NCBI GenBank assembly: GCA_002633005.1
Contig: NMRA01000011.1
Location: forward strand, 501,395-565,394
From: Phoronis australis
Taxonomy: Eukaryota > Animalia > Phoronida
DNA length: 64,000 nt
Reading direction: 5' to 3'
Part shown: positions 25,231-38,115 of the stretch, one piece after another
Layout of the letters: every line of letters begins with the position of its first letter
How positions within the stretch are numbered: the stretch's first letter is position 1
Translations under genes and position numbers: made by a program
Notes under the pieces: model-generated
Database searches by the model: none
Told to the model about the DNA's origin: nothing
What the model saw: only the letters and a program-made list of their open reading frames with translations

Positions 25231-27931
25231 CACTTGTTGATGGAGAGTACTGAGATAGCCTGAGATGTCATTGCATTCAGTTGGGATGTAATTAAATCTG
25301 GGGTCAGAGAGTGCACTTGGAAAAGACATGTAGCTCCACCGGAAGTTTCAAAAAACAATCAATGCAATCGTGGCCTGTTACCAAAAATATACTACAGGCC
25401 GCAGGGAATCGTGTTCCGACTTTTTTTCTTATTTTTTAGTCCACCGATAGATTTTGCGAACAGGAAGTACACGTCCTCGGCCCCCGCAACTTTCCGGCCG
25501 CTTGTGCAAACAGTCGTGCTTTGCCCAATTCCCCGAGGCAACACTGTTGCCCCCCCCCCTTATGTTATCCTAGATCCGTCACTGTTTAATGTCATGGAAA
25601 GCGACGACATTTCACAAGTCAGCTCAAAATAGTTTTGCAAAGGGACAGTTTACGAGCACGACAGGAAAGGTGACAAAGTTTAATGAAGCCCGATTACTGA
25701 AGCCGAACTGAAATGATCGATTAAGGAACCAAGAAACTTGTCTAAATTCGTAACATCGTATCTTAGAAATGGTTGATTGGATTAATGAAACTTTCAGAAA
25801 CTTTGCTTGATGCACAGTTCTTCAAGACACCGTTGGGGATTGTATTTTTAAATACTCTTTAAAAGGTGTTCCACTTTTTCATGAGGGGCGATCAAACTGA
25901 ACTCGGCGTTGATAAATTTTATGAAGGAAATTCTTAACTCGCGGTATAAAACAAAGATGAAATATCTCGGAAAACTTTTTAAGGTTAAAACAGTGTTCTG
26001 AATATCTCATCTGTAACATTTTTATCAAATAAATTTGATCATGTTTTTGGTGCCGTTGTTTTACTTCTTTTTTGCTTAATTTTACTAAAAAGACATGGTC
26101 ATGTTTCCCAATTAGCGGCAGGTTTGTACAAAGTCATAAATTAAATTCTACAGACTTTCTAGTATCACAAAATATCCACTTTTCTTGAGTTAAAGTCTAT
26201 GGTTTTGTGCATATCTAGCTGAATGCGCGGGCCTGTAGATAAGGTCCTTCCAGATAACAGGTTCAGTTTCCTCTGTGCGATTCACCAAGTGGTGGTCCGG
26301 TGACACACCGCTAGGGAGCGCGCACTCTTGTAGTCTTGATCGTGCACAAGAGCAACAGGTGAGGCGTGTACAGCGAAGCCTGGGGCGCGAACCCGAGAAG
26401 AAGTCGTGATGCAGAGTGAGTATGAGCTACAACTAAAGAGTACTGAGCTTTGCTTACACGAACCCATTTGTGCTACAATGTGTATGTACATGATAAATGG
26501 CAATGGTCAAATACGTAGCTCGGTCCTCTTGTCCTTGGTCAATGTTGTCGGATTTCAGACAATCTGTGCACACGCACCTTTGTCCTTTGGCTTTGATCAG
26601 CCGCTCGTCATGACTACACTAACGGCGAGCTTCTGATGAAAGTGCCTGTGATCAGTTCGGGTCGGGGAGCCACTAAAACTGACGTTAACCACCGCAACGC
26701 CGCGCCACCGGGCCGTCAATGTGTGCTGGTTGCATTATAGGGGGAAGCGCTACGTAGGCCGAAAACCAATGTATGTCGTAGCTTACATCCTTATCACCTA
26801 GCTTACATCCTGATGCCGACGAGCTGTAGTGTATGGAGCACTATGGAGCGAATGTAATGGCCTTTGTAATGGCCTTTGCCACTACGTTCGACTTTTGCCA
26901 CTCTGATATTTACTACGTTTGTTTGTACATATATTTATGCAAGTTATTTTGCAATATAGTATCCTTCCCTACCTGCCAGTTGTTTGGTTTGTTGTTCCTA
27001 CTCCACGCTGATGTATACATGTATAGTAAACGTTTTACTTGTTGACTTCACTTACTTTGCGCACAGCATTGCGTTGGGTTGCTTATGACATAGGCTTTGG
27101 CTGGCCTATTTTCGCTGGTTCAGTTGAGACAGTATGAGTAAACAAGTTATGTTTAATTATCTTCCTAGAAATCTCAAGAACCAGAACAATCATACCATGA
27201 AGTGGGTTGTTCTGACAAAGTTAATTTCTGGCATAGCGCCAGTAGACATAGCAGGGCTGAGTCTGTTGCATAACAAGTCTATGATAGCAGTAGTATTAGT
27301 AAGGCCCATTCATGGAGTTACCAGCTAAATCAACTAAGCAGCTTGCTTTTGCATGAAAGAACTTACGTTGGCAACCTCACTGGTCAAGATTGGGCAACTC
27401 GACTGGTTTGCGCTCCTCAAAATCTGCAATGTTCAAAAACACCATGCAGTTTTAGGCAATTACATCCCCCTGTGGATGCCACAGGCTGCTGATGACTGTT
27501 ATCTAAATAATCAGACCAATCAGAATCATACTGGGGGCAACAATAGCCGAGTACTTTACAAATTTTAGTTTTGAAAGTTTTTTAATAGCACATTTGAATA
27601 GTTCATGAAAAGTACATGTGGTTAGATTTTCGAATTTTGAAAATCGGACAAGAAATTTGACTTTTGGGAACCTAAAACTTTTGAACAATGTTGTCAGTAT
27701 CATGGTTATCATTAATTTTGTTGGGTTTGCAACATAATTGAGCCAATTACCGAACCAGTTTTTTAAAGTTGCAGAACAAGCTGAGACCTGCTGTCATATG
27801 GCATGATAGCCTTGTCATAGACCTGTGTGTAGGAGTGAGTTCATCAACTCTTGGTGCCATATGTGACATGTGATTAATGGCAAAGATAATAAAATCTTTG
27901 TTGATGGTCAGTGCTGTGGCTCTCTTTGTAG

Positions 27932-28010
27932 GTAGTCGCATGCAAGAGATCATTCAAGCCACAGAGCAGCTCCTAAACTACATTTCTAAGGGAGACTATG
28001 ATGGTTATGT
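27932..28010 (+). CDS. CAMK2: CaMKII hub cassette 2, exon A: SRMQEIIQATEQLLNYISKGDYDGYV
   Basis: ctctttgtAG, GTAAGT at 28011, 79 nt, phase 1-2. Confidence 0.93.
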
Positions 28011-29430
28011 GTAAGTGAAATTTATTGCATTATTCTGTGTTGTAGCTGCCGTCAGTATAATGATCTTATCATATACAACAGAACCTTGGAACTCAGTAGT
28101 GGCCAAGTGCACTAACTTTCAGATCAGTTCTTGGATTTCACTTAACTTGCTCATTAAGGTTGATTGACTTAAGTTGAGGTTGACTGGCTCAACTTGGGGT
28201 TGACTGGCTCAACTTTAGGACAAAGTCTCTGTTAGCACTTGCGGATTCAGGAGTGTTCTCCACTTCTCAAAATTAAAGCAGCGCTGTGCCCTGTTAGAGC
28301 AGTGCATCGAGAACCCAGTAGTTACGGGAAGTGAGACTAGTGAAGTCGTGGGAATTGAGACTTGTCACGTGTCCTTGGGAAGTGACTGCATGGCAGGCGC
28401 TTTCTACTCGCTTGATTAATATGTCATTTTTAAGTTTTGCATCCAGTTAAGTAAAATTGAAAAGCCAAAATTAACAGAGAACAATGATAATAGTTAGGCC
28501 AGATTCTTGTAGCTCTGGGATTTATTTAAAGCACTTTGAAAAAGTATTACCTGGCTATTGATCTGGTCAATCTTAATCCTTTTCAAATTCGCGGGAGCAT
28601 AGAATGGGTGTAACAGTTGTAGGAGCTCTACTATCCATCCAAACTGATAATTTAGTAAAAAACAAGTTCTAAATTGTCACTGTGGTTACCTGAATCTCAA
28701 AACTCCAATACCTGTAATTTTTTTAAAACTGTCGCGTGACTGTGCATTCATTTGGTATTCCTAATTTCTGCGTCCAAATTGTGCCATGACAGTGACAGTT
28801 AGGTCATCACTAAACATCCAAATTACACGATCACACCTTTGTTTACCTACATATATTGAAAAGAGGGGCATCAAATTGTTCTTTGTGGACCCTTGCTAAC
28901 CAATTCTGTATTTCTGTCACCTTCCTGTGGGTGGCAGCACCTTCAAATGCATACTAATGAGTAGAACTTGAAGTAATTTGCTACTTTCATTACCAAAGAT
29001 CAATTTTCATATTTTATAGTAGACCTTGATGATTATAGAATTTCACTATCCGATGAAAAGCAGTGTACAGATGTTGGTTATCATACAATTTTTTTCATCA
29101 ATAGTGATTTTTACAGAGATCACCCTTTTTTCCACCATTTTTTCACAAACATGATTTTTTCTCACAAAACTTTGCAAATTCAGTTTCTTCAGTATATTAG
29201 CTACATTCTATGAAAAAATGAAAGTCCTTATGTTTGAGGGCCAACCTCATGGGTAAAGGTCTTAAAGAAAATCCCAGGTGCGCCTTTGTCACTAATAACG
29301 AAGACAGAATTTGCAAGTTTCCCACTAAAAGTGTACAACTTTCTGAGAAATATGGTCTTCTACGTGGAAAATCGTGATTTCTAAAAAAAAATTTGGATAT
29401 TAAGATTGGTGATCTTTTGTTTATCTTTAG

Positions 29431-29525
29431 CAAGATGGTGGACCCTCATCTGACCTGTTTTGAACCAGAGACTTGTGGGCACCTGGTGGAAGGCATGGAG
29501 TTTCACAAGTTCTACTTCAACAACA
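29431..29525 (+). CDS. CAMK2: CaMKII hub cassette 2, exon B: [31 protein letters not shown]
   Basis: atctttAG, GTTAGT at 29526, 95 nt, phase 2-1. Confidence 0.93.
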
Positions 29526-29949
29526 GTTAGTACTAGAGAATGATTTGTTGAATTGCTGGAGTATAGTGAGATTTGTAATTGTTACGAAATTTCGTGCTCA
29601 AATTCTGTCTAGCTAGTCGGTGAAAAATATGTAAATGACGTGTTTTGCTGGTAGCACAATGGGAGTGGTGTCTTGAGTAGGGGAAGAGCCAGGCAATGAA
29701 TCACAATAAGATCACATGTATTTCACAGAAAAGTATTCAAATGGGACTTGACTGAATAGTGTTACCATAGCAGCAGTCAATAATTGTTGTCTTAGTAATA
29801 TTGACTGATGGTAAGTTTAAAACTTCTTAATCTGCCAAGTCATATAACAAGAGGCATCATTACTTTACATGTCTGTCATTTGCATCTGGGGTTACATTGG
29901 TCTTTATGTTAATGGTAACTTATGTTAGCTGCTGCTTTCTCTGACGCTG

Positions 29950-30250
29950 TTGTCTAGATCGTGCTGCCTTGTTCTATTCCAGTCACCTCTAATCTATGTC
30001 ATGCTACCTTCGCCTACTTCTGTCAACTGTAGTCTAGGTCATGCTATCTTGGTCAACTCTAGACTAGATGATGTTTCCTTGGTCTATTTCAGTCACCTGT
30101 TATCTAGATCATACTATCTAGGTCTATTCCAGTCAACTCTAGTCTAGATGATGTTTCCTTGTCCTATCAATGGGTGACATCATTTTCCATACATTTCACC
30201 TGTAGTCTAGATCATGCTACGGTACCTTGGTCTACTCTAGTCACTTGTGG
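29950..30250. repeat. Degenerate ~40 bp minisatellite (GTCTAGATCATGCTACCTTGGTCTATTCCAGTCACCT)
   Basis: Several diverged units visible. Confidence 0.6.
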
Positions 30251-30505
30251 GTACTCATCCATTAAAGACACAACGAGCTGAAACCATGCTGAAATGATTA
30301 AAATGGCCTTAAAAATAATCCACTTGAGATCATGCTCTGCATGTTAAATGATATGTCGTGGCAAGGCGACTTTGCTTTCAAGCAATAACGAAGCAGAAAT
30401 CATGTGTAATTTAGCTAGTATATAGGGAGTAATTTAACTAATGAAATTTTCTTCTTTATATCCACTTGAACAAAAACAAAGATTACATGTTTGAATGAAT
30501 TTTTT

Positions 30506-31340
30506 ATGCGCTCACATATGTATAATGTGGATGCATTACGCCGTCATCCCCGTCCTTCCGGCGTCCGCTGCTGTATCTCCAAAACTCTTTGACGTATTTT
30601 CATGGAATTTTGCACGTGCATTTCTTTTATAAATGGGACATCATGAGCAAATTTTCGGACGGATCCGACTACTGGTGTGCCCCCTAGTGGCAATTTTAGT
30701 TCTTACGTTTTCCTCTGTATCTTCAAAGGTCCTCAACACATTTTCATAAAATTTGGCATATAGTCATCTGTTAGTGAGATGACAGAATCCTCTCGTTTTT
30801 GGATGGGATCGAGGTATTCTGTGCCACCTGGTGGCCATTTTTGCTGTTTTGGAGTATGTTTTTTGGCATCGACCCCTCTGTCAACCAAACCATTAAAGGA
30901 TGATTTTGAAAATTGGCATATTTGTTCTCAGTGTGAAGAGGACGGTTGACAATGATGACTTTGACTACTGTGACGCCTCCTAGTGGTAGTTATGTTTTGG
31001 TTTGCGCTCATAGGTGTATCTTCTAAACCTACTACAGTTTATTTATATTAAGCTAACAACAGACTATGACAACTTTCTGGTGGATCCAACGAAGGCTGTA
31101 ACCCAGTGGCAATTTCATTTTTTCCTGTCTTCCTTTATTTCTCTGAAGTTCCGTGACAGATTTTTATGAAAATTGGCATACTGTTTTCTATTAAAGAAGT
31201 GATGGCATGTTCCTGTTTTCAGATGGATTCAACATCTTTGCTCCATCAGTGGCCATTTTTATGATACAAGTAAACAACCGTAGAAGCACATCGTTTGTGA
31301 TGAATTCGTGGGCACATTTCAGCGCTCCGCATTGTTGTTG
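30506..31340 (+). mobile_element. HINE copy
   Basis: tttttATGCGCTCACA..TGTGGATGCAT 5' stem, GTCC tract, CCCCCTAGTGG units, 3' GTGGGCACATTTCAGCGCTCCGCATTG. Confidence 0.75.
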
Positions 31341-31408
31341 TTTTATATGTGCTGCACATTGGCTATTAACTTTTACACTTGAATTTACACTCCCTTGCTT
31401 TGTTTCAG

Positions 31409-31523
31409 TTCTTTCCAAAAACAAGCAACCCTGCAACACAACCCTAATTAACCCCACTGTTCACTTGTTGAGTGAGAATTCAGCCTGCATAGCTTATGTA
31501 AGGCTCACTCAAGTTATAGGAAG
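31409..31523 (+). CDS. CAMK2: CaMKII hub cassette 2, exon C: ILSKNKQPCNTTLINPTVHLLSENSACIAYVRLTQVIGS
   Basis: tgtttcAG, GTAAGT at 31524, 115 nt, phase 1-2. Confidence 0.93.
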
Positions 31524-31870
31524 GTAAGTACTTAATTCTACCCAATAAGTGTCTAGTATGTACAACTCACTCAAGTTATAGGAGGTAAGTCTTTATTCTA
31601 CCTAGTACGTGTTTGTACAGCTCACTCAAGTTATAGGAGGTAAGTCTTTATTCTACCTAATAAGTGTCTGTACAGCTCACTCAAGTTATAGGAGGTAAGT
31701 CTTTATTCTACCTAGTACGTGTTTGTACAGCTAACTCAAATTATTGGAGGTAAGTCTTTATTCTACCTAGTAAGTGTCTGTACAGCTCACTCAACTTATA
31801 GGAGGTAAGTCTTTATTCTACCTAATCAATGTCAATGTACAGCTCGCACAAGTTGTAGGGAGGTAATGCA
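31504..31870 (+). repeat. 55-bp tandem repeat of exon end + splice donor (original plus 6 copies)
   Basis: CTCACTCAAGTTATAGGAG-GTAAGTCTTTATTCTACCTA..GTACAG at 31566, 31621, 31676, 31731, 31786, 31842. Confidence 0.95.
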
Positions 31871-32703
31871 ACAGTTAACTGACCATGCCCTCACAGGTGC
31901 CTAGTGCTGCCATACCAGACGACGGCCTTGTTTCTGTCCTGTTTTCATTACCAAATAGAAATAGGCCGTTTTGTAAGCAGTAAACTCACCATTTAGTTTT
32001 TGGACTCGTAACCAGTCTCTCCACCATTTTGCATTCATCACATAAAATGGCAACCTACAAATATCAACTTAATGAATGAGTTTTCGTGTCTATCCTTACT
32101 CAAAAGTCTGTGTTTTGTGTGTGTTTGTTTATTGAAGGCTGTGTCAATCGGGGCTTGAGGAAAAGTGTTCGAATGTGTAAAATCTAATTCCAATGCTGTG
32201 CCTTTATAAAACAACAGGTTTCAATGCCTATCAGGATGATTGAAGGTTTTGTTTTGTAGTAAATAAGTGGAAATCTCTCTTTAACCAATATCTAAATGCC
32301 CAGGTTGTATGTTTTTGTTAAATAGCTTGCCTTGTCTTTTATTTTAACATTAAGACTTTTCATAGGCCTACACTTTACATATTTGAAGTAAAGCGTTTTT
32401 ACTCTACTTCTTAACCTCCATGTTTGTAGCTTGTGAAAACATTGGTATAGCGTTTTTGTTATTACATTACACATTTTGACTTAAAAATTTGCTGAAATAG
32501 TGCATACCATTGACATTTTGTAGACAAATTTATCTCAGTATGTCTCTCCGAACTTTTTAATGTTTTCAAAGGGAATTATAAGCTTTCATTTGTTTTATTC
32601 ACAACATTGAGATTTGTCTTTTTAATACACTGCTCAGTTGTCTAGAAACATGAAGTCACCAGCACTGAGGCCAGTATTTTTACACTTAATCTCCTGTTTC
32701 TAG

Positions 32704-32848
32704 TGACGGTTTACCGGAAACACGTCAAGCGGAAGAGACTCGTGTGTGGGCTCGAAATGAAGGACAGTGGGTAAATGTGCACTTCCATCGGTCTGGCAAC
32801 CTACAACTGGCGGCTAACTTAGCCAACAGAGGGAGTTCCCATTCATGA
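32704..32848 (+). CDS. CAMK2: CaMKII hub cassette 2, terminal exon D: [47 protein letters not shown]
   Basis: tgtttctAG at 32702-32703, phase 2, TGA at 32846-32848. Confidence 0.93.
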
Positions 32849-33804
32849 GCCATGGTGCTGTGGATAGTCCAGCTTGTACTGGAATTGAACTGCCACCTTT
32901 TGGAGCATTTAGACCCTAGTCCTTCATCAACACACGGGAGGATTAACATAAGCATTATTTAAATCCTCTTATAGGCTGTTAAAAAAGCTCATTAACTGAC
33001 ATCGAAAAAGTATTATTAATTAACCATTTATTGTGCAATGCCGCATAAGCACTAGGTTTTTCTGGTCAGTTATTCTTTTTAATTTACTAGTTGCAATCTT
33101 CTTTATAGTTTTTAATAGTCTTGAGTGTGGTACTTGCATTAAGCTAGCGACTTTATAGCGTATTTTAACTTTTACGGCATGACAGCATTAGTGTCATTCT
33201 GCGTATAGTGTGAACTTATTTCAAATGGCACCTGAGATGCCGGAATGAGATCTACCGTTGTTGATTTCACAACTTGTTAAATTTGCTGATTATGAAAGGT
33301 TTTAACCAAAAAGAATCCATTAGAGAGTAACTGTCCTACAGGATAAAGGTGTTTTGGGTCTAAATTTACCAAGATGTCACAAAGTAAGATCTTGTGAAAT
33401 GTTGACAACCATTTGCAGTTGCATGATTTCAAGCCTTTTTAATAAGGAAATTTAGCAATCTATACTTTACAAAAGGACACTTAAAACCAAGAGGGGTTTA
33501 TGGGTTGTCCGTGCATCGGATATTGTGTTTGTGGTATTCCACTTTGAAATTGGTTACAACCACTTTCTACAGGTCTTGTTCACCTGTCCGTACATGTTGT
33601 CGATTTTATTGTTTTTTATCAATCATTCATTGTTGCTTTATCTTAACTTGTAGGTCAGCTCAGATTTTTTACTTGTTAACTTTTATTGTAAATAATAATG
33701 AATCCAGTTTGAAACTGCTTGGTTGTTTTGAAGCATTCAAAACTCTATAACTTCCAACGTGTGGCACTTGGTGGAGGTTTGGGGTGTTGCTTTTATTTTT
33801 TGTG

Positions 33805-33855
33805 CAGTCTGTCTGCCTATCTGTCTGTCTGTCTGTCTGTCTGTCTTTCTGTCAT
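33805..33855. repeat. (GTCT)n microsatellite
   Basis: ctgtctgtctgtctgtctgt run. Confidence 0.8.
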
Positions 33856-34699
33856 TCAGTGAGAGTCTGTCAATCTGTCCATCCATCTATCAGTCAATAA
33901 AAACCCCAACTGAGCAGAAGACACTCGTGAACACCCAGTTAAAGGCAAACCATATTCAAGTGATAGCCAGCTGTTTCTATGGACTTTCAGAAGTCAGCTG
34001 ATCACATTCATATCAAACTCATTCACTCTTCTTAATACAAACTTCTCTTATACATTGTTGGGAATAGGACTTTTCTAATTTTCATGAAAAACTCAAAAGT
34101 TGTATAGAACAAGAACCAAATGATAATTTAGAAAACTAACAGCATTTTTGCGCTTTCATCTTAAACATTTATACCAAATGAAGTTTGGCCGTGTTGTTGA
34201 TACCGTTGTTTGCTATCACTGTACATGGGCGGATTTGGCAAAAAGATCCACCTCAGTAAAACAAAAAGTCCGGGTAAACGAGACAAAACTCCACAAAATC
34301 CAAGATATCACATAAACTTGTTGAAATCCTTGACTGAATTAAAGTTTTCTCTGGGATTTATCTGTCACTGATTTTACGCGTCCATGGAAATTGAAAGTAC
34401 TGAATCACCAGGGCCCGATGTCGTTCCCACCTATGTTCTTGACATCCAAAATATGTTTGGTATTTTTGGTTTTACTTTTTGCGAAGTGTAGGTAATTGTC
34501 TGTTATTGAGCTATTTAATGCCAAGAACATGGAAAGTATAAGACTGATCTAGAACTGTTGATATTTATACTCGAGTTCTCGATTGTAAACTCGTGTTTCT
34601 AGCTCCAATCTGGTAGTTATCAAGTGCCAACTTTGACGAGAAACTCGTCAACGCAAATCAAACTGTATTCCGGCTCAAAATAACGGACACTTATTTTGA

Positions 34700-35690
34700 G
34701 ATCGCGCAAAGGTATATCAGAACAGGTGATACTTTGCCTTCGCACTGGCAGTTGCCGTAACAAAAGGGGTTTGCAAAGCTTTGTTTTTTAATGTAGGCAT
34801 TTCCAATATCAAAGTATGACCCCGTCTTGAAAAAGCGTTTGGCAAGCATGGGGCAGTCTGAGGTGAGATGCGCATGTTATCTACCTCTTAAGATACAGAA
34901 TGAATGTGCTGGCGGATCATGTCGGAAAGTTACTGAACGAAATTAAGTCACCCAAGTATACTAATGAATGATGTTCGACAGCACACCAAAAGAATGTCGC
35001 ACTGACCAAATGTCAGAAATCCTCGGATACTTGAAAATTGACGGGTGCAGTGTAGAAGTAAAACAAGCATTCTTTGGAGGTCACGACATTGTAGTGGAGA
35101 TGCGCGTTCGGATGAAGAGAATATGGCAGGGGAGCAGTCGTCAGATGTGGGTCTATTGTTGACGGAGGGAACAAACTATACGGGAAATGTTCGAATGGTT
35201 TGGACAGATTTCAGTTGCAGTTGAGTCGAATTTCAGGTCGCAAGCGATGCGTCAGTTTGTTTGAAGTTATCATTGGTCAACTCCAGTGAAGATTGTATTG
35301 AGGTGTATGTGATGAAACTTCTGCTTTTTATGACGAAATTTGAGCATCCGAACTCGCCGCAAGATCAAAATACCGACATTGAGAAGGCACTTCGAAGCCG
35401 GCCGTCACTATATAGGACCTCGCTGGCTGGACGTACTCAAGTTTATTTGCGAATGGGAATTTCAGGAGTCGTTCTCAAATTTTGGGATAGCCTTCAGGTT
35501 ATTTCTAACATTTTGTATCTGTGGCCTTCTGCGAAAGAAATGTTTCCAAGCTATAAAGCTCATTAAAACGTCAATGGCACAAACATGGTTATCATGGATT
35601 TTGATGTTGTCCGTGGTTGTCAAATTCGTGTTTGAGAAAGCCGCTAATTTTTGTGAAAAGCAAGCCTGACCTAATATCACGAAATTTGAT
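34700..35690 (+). mobile_element. Decayed hAT-superfamily (ZMYM1-like) transposase remnant
   Basis: Frame-shifted KYDP..LKKRL..YLPLKIQNE followed by MFDSTP..DQMSEILGYL..VKQAFFG, resembling the first catalytic Asp region of hAT transposases. Confidence 0.6.
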
Positions 35691-38039
35691 TGGTGAGTAA
35701 AAGGTACTGTACATCNTTTGGAGAAGCTCTAAAGTAGGCGAATGCTACATAAGGATTTTTTCCACAGATACGCCACATAGGGCGTTTATGTGGAACCTGC
35801 ATTTTTGAAACTTGAAACTGTCATTGTAAATTACCATAAAACGAAAACTGTATCTGAAGTAAATTTTAGAAATAAATTCCTACCTGTGGCGACGGCTTAT
35901 ACGTCGACAATGCCTTACTGACACACCCGTCGGAGCGTTAATTAGTCTCTTCCAAATCCCGGGCGTTTATTTTTGTATGACTTTTGGTCGCTGGCTTTAT
36001 TTGTATTTAATATGCGCTTGTTTGTACGTTCCTGATGTCGATCTGTAGGCTCGATCCAGGGTTTACTTGTGTGTTGTTATAATGCATTTAAAGCCTTGTA
36101 CACGTACACGCAGTATAAACCACATGCCACTCGCTCACTTTCCAAATTTTGAAACAGAGGTGGGGCTGACTGCCGGGGTGACGGCCATGGGTAGGTGAGG
36201 GATGACACCAAGACTCTTCGCCCTGGGTCTCACTCACGTCAGGTACGCTAGTTTACAAAGCATTATTTTGTTTCAGTTAAATGGATTGGAACAGTGTTAG
36301 TGGGCCAAAACCCGGTTTGGCACCGTTTTAATATAAGGGGCTCCGTCAGGTGAAGGCGGTCACTAAAAGCGGGGTCCTCAATACTAATATAGGGGGTTCC
36401 CGCTCTTCGGTCGCTAGCGATCCACCTAAATTAATGTAGAGGCTCCACTCTTCGGCTGCCTTTAGGCAGGCTCTCTGTATTATATTGAGGGGCTCCCTGC
36501 ACTTCTAGGCTGAGGCCAACTCACTGAAACTGAATAGTTGCTTATATATATGTCAAGTGAATAAGATTAAGTTATTTGAAATCTAGAGTAAGGTGTTAGG
36601 AGTTTTTCAATCGACTGACAACTGAACGAGATTGCTGTTTATTCAAAATCCACGGTTACCTGAGGTATCACATCATTAATATCTATTTTCAATCGCCTTA
36701 CTATTCAGTTCGCCCGATTGTATTTTACGAGGACTCTTAAGTGTTATAAGACGACAATAGACCGGGATGACCAACCCAACAGCTAATTTATGAGGTCTGA
36801 TCGATGTTTGACAGTCAGTAAAGGCAATAGCGGACTGGCATCGAATCGATGTAGCATGTGACCTACTCGACACGGTGTCGCACGGCAACCCCACCCCCCC
36901 GCCCCCGGCCCCCCACGTACTTTTCACTCCAAATTTCGACCACCACCCTCCCTTGCCACCCGGCGTGACAAGTTGACGAATCATTGGTCTGTTTAGCAAA
37001 CCACTTGTTTATTTGGCAGTGTTGTCTATTTTGAACCTTTTCGCTGCCCATAAACTAGACATGAAAAGAATCCTACACACGGCCCTAAGCGCCGGGTCGA
37101 GATTAGAGAACCCGACTGGTTTGCGCACCACCGACTTAGGCGGTTCAGAACAAAGACACCATGCTCATGCTGTTGTGGTTAATTTTGAAAAGCGTCTCAA
37201 GCTGCAGATGTTATGGTTTTGAGACCATCATAAACTCGTTGGCACCGACTTTTAACTTTTCATTTTGAAAGTTTCTAAATAGCACTGATATTTGAATAGG
37301 CGGTTCGTGAAAATCACACGTAGGTTTTTGAATTTTGAAAATTGGACAAGGAATGTGACTTTCAACCTAAAACATTTGTTTAATGCTACAATTAATACGA
37401 TCCTCATTAATTATGCTGCATGTGCGCATGTGCAACGTACCTGGGCCAGCAGGCAGCAAAAATGGATTTTGAGGTAAGCCAAGTGTCATCTTACAATTCA
37501 TGGCACTCAAAACTCGAACAAAAGACTGACGAGCGAAGAATAAACCGTGCACACATTAATTTAACCGGTCTTCGTTGCCGTGCGCCGACCTAGACAGTCA
37601 TTGGTCCTACGCGGGATCTAAGGGATGGCTGAAAATGTTCTGTGTACGTAAAATGAGACGGGGAACCATTTGACTCTCATTTCCACGACAACTTTGGGTC
37701 TGCCACACTACGTGCATGGGCAGCCCTTCACCACGTTACATATTGGTGGGACTGCGTTGCTGGTTTGTGACGCCATGTCGTCGTCAGGGGTAGCGCCTTT
37801 CGAGTGCCAAATGGGAATCGAACAGTCAAAGCCGCTCTTGGGATTTGCTGAACGATCTGTTGAGTAAATTTGATATCGTCACGAGTTGTCAAGTTGGCAT
37901 TTACTCCGATGTTTTAACACTAAAGGCCATTATGAAGCTATATTGTTTCTCCATTGATGTCTTCGGGGGTAAAAAACTAACTATTGATACTGAGCAAAAT
38001 CAAAAAGGGTAGTGAAACAAGTTGCATGTCTGTTTGCAG

Positions 38040-38115
38040 GTCGCAAGCAAGAGATCATTGATGTCACTGAACAATTACTGGACTACATTTCTAACGGGAA
38101 CTACGATGGCTACCT
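38040..38115 (+). CDS. CAMK2: CaMKII hub cassette 3, exon A: RKQEIIDVTEQLLDYISNGNYDGYL
   Basis: tgtttgcAG, GTAAGT at 38116, 76 nt, phase 1-2. Confidence 0.93.

Noticed and set aside
31560-31870. CRISPR-like array (also 56315-56595 and 58805-59340)
   Set aside because: Units repeat in full with no unique spacers, no cas genes, eukaryotic intron context
37462-37479. ATG GAT TTT GAG|GTAAGC as first exon for cassette 3
   Set aside because: Phase 0 is incompatible with the phase-1 acceptor at 38040
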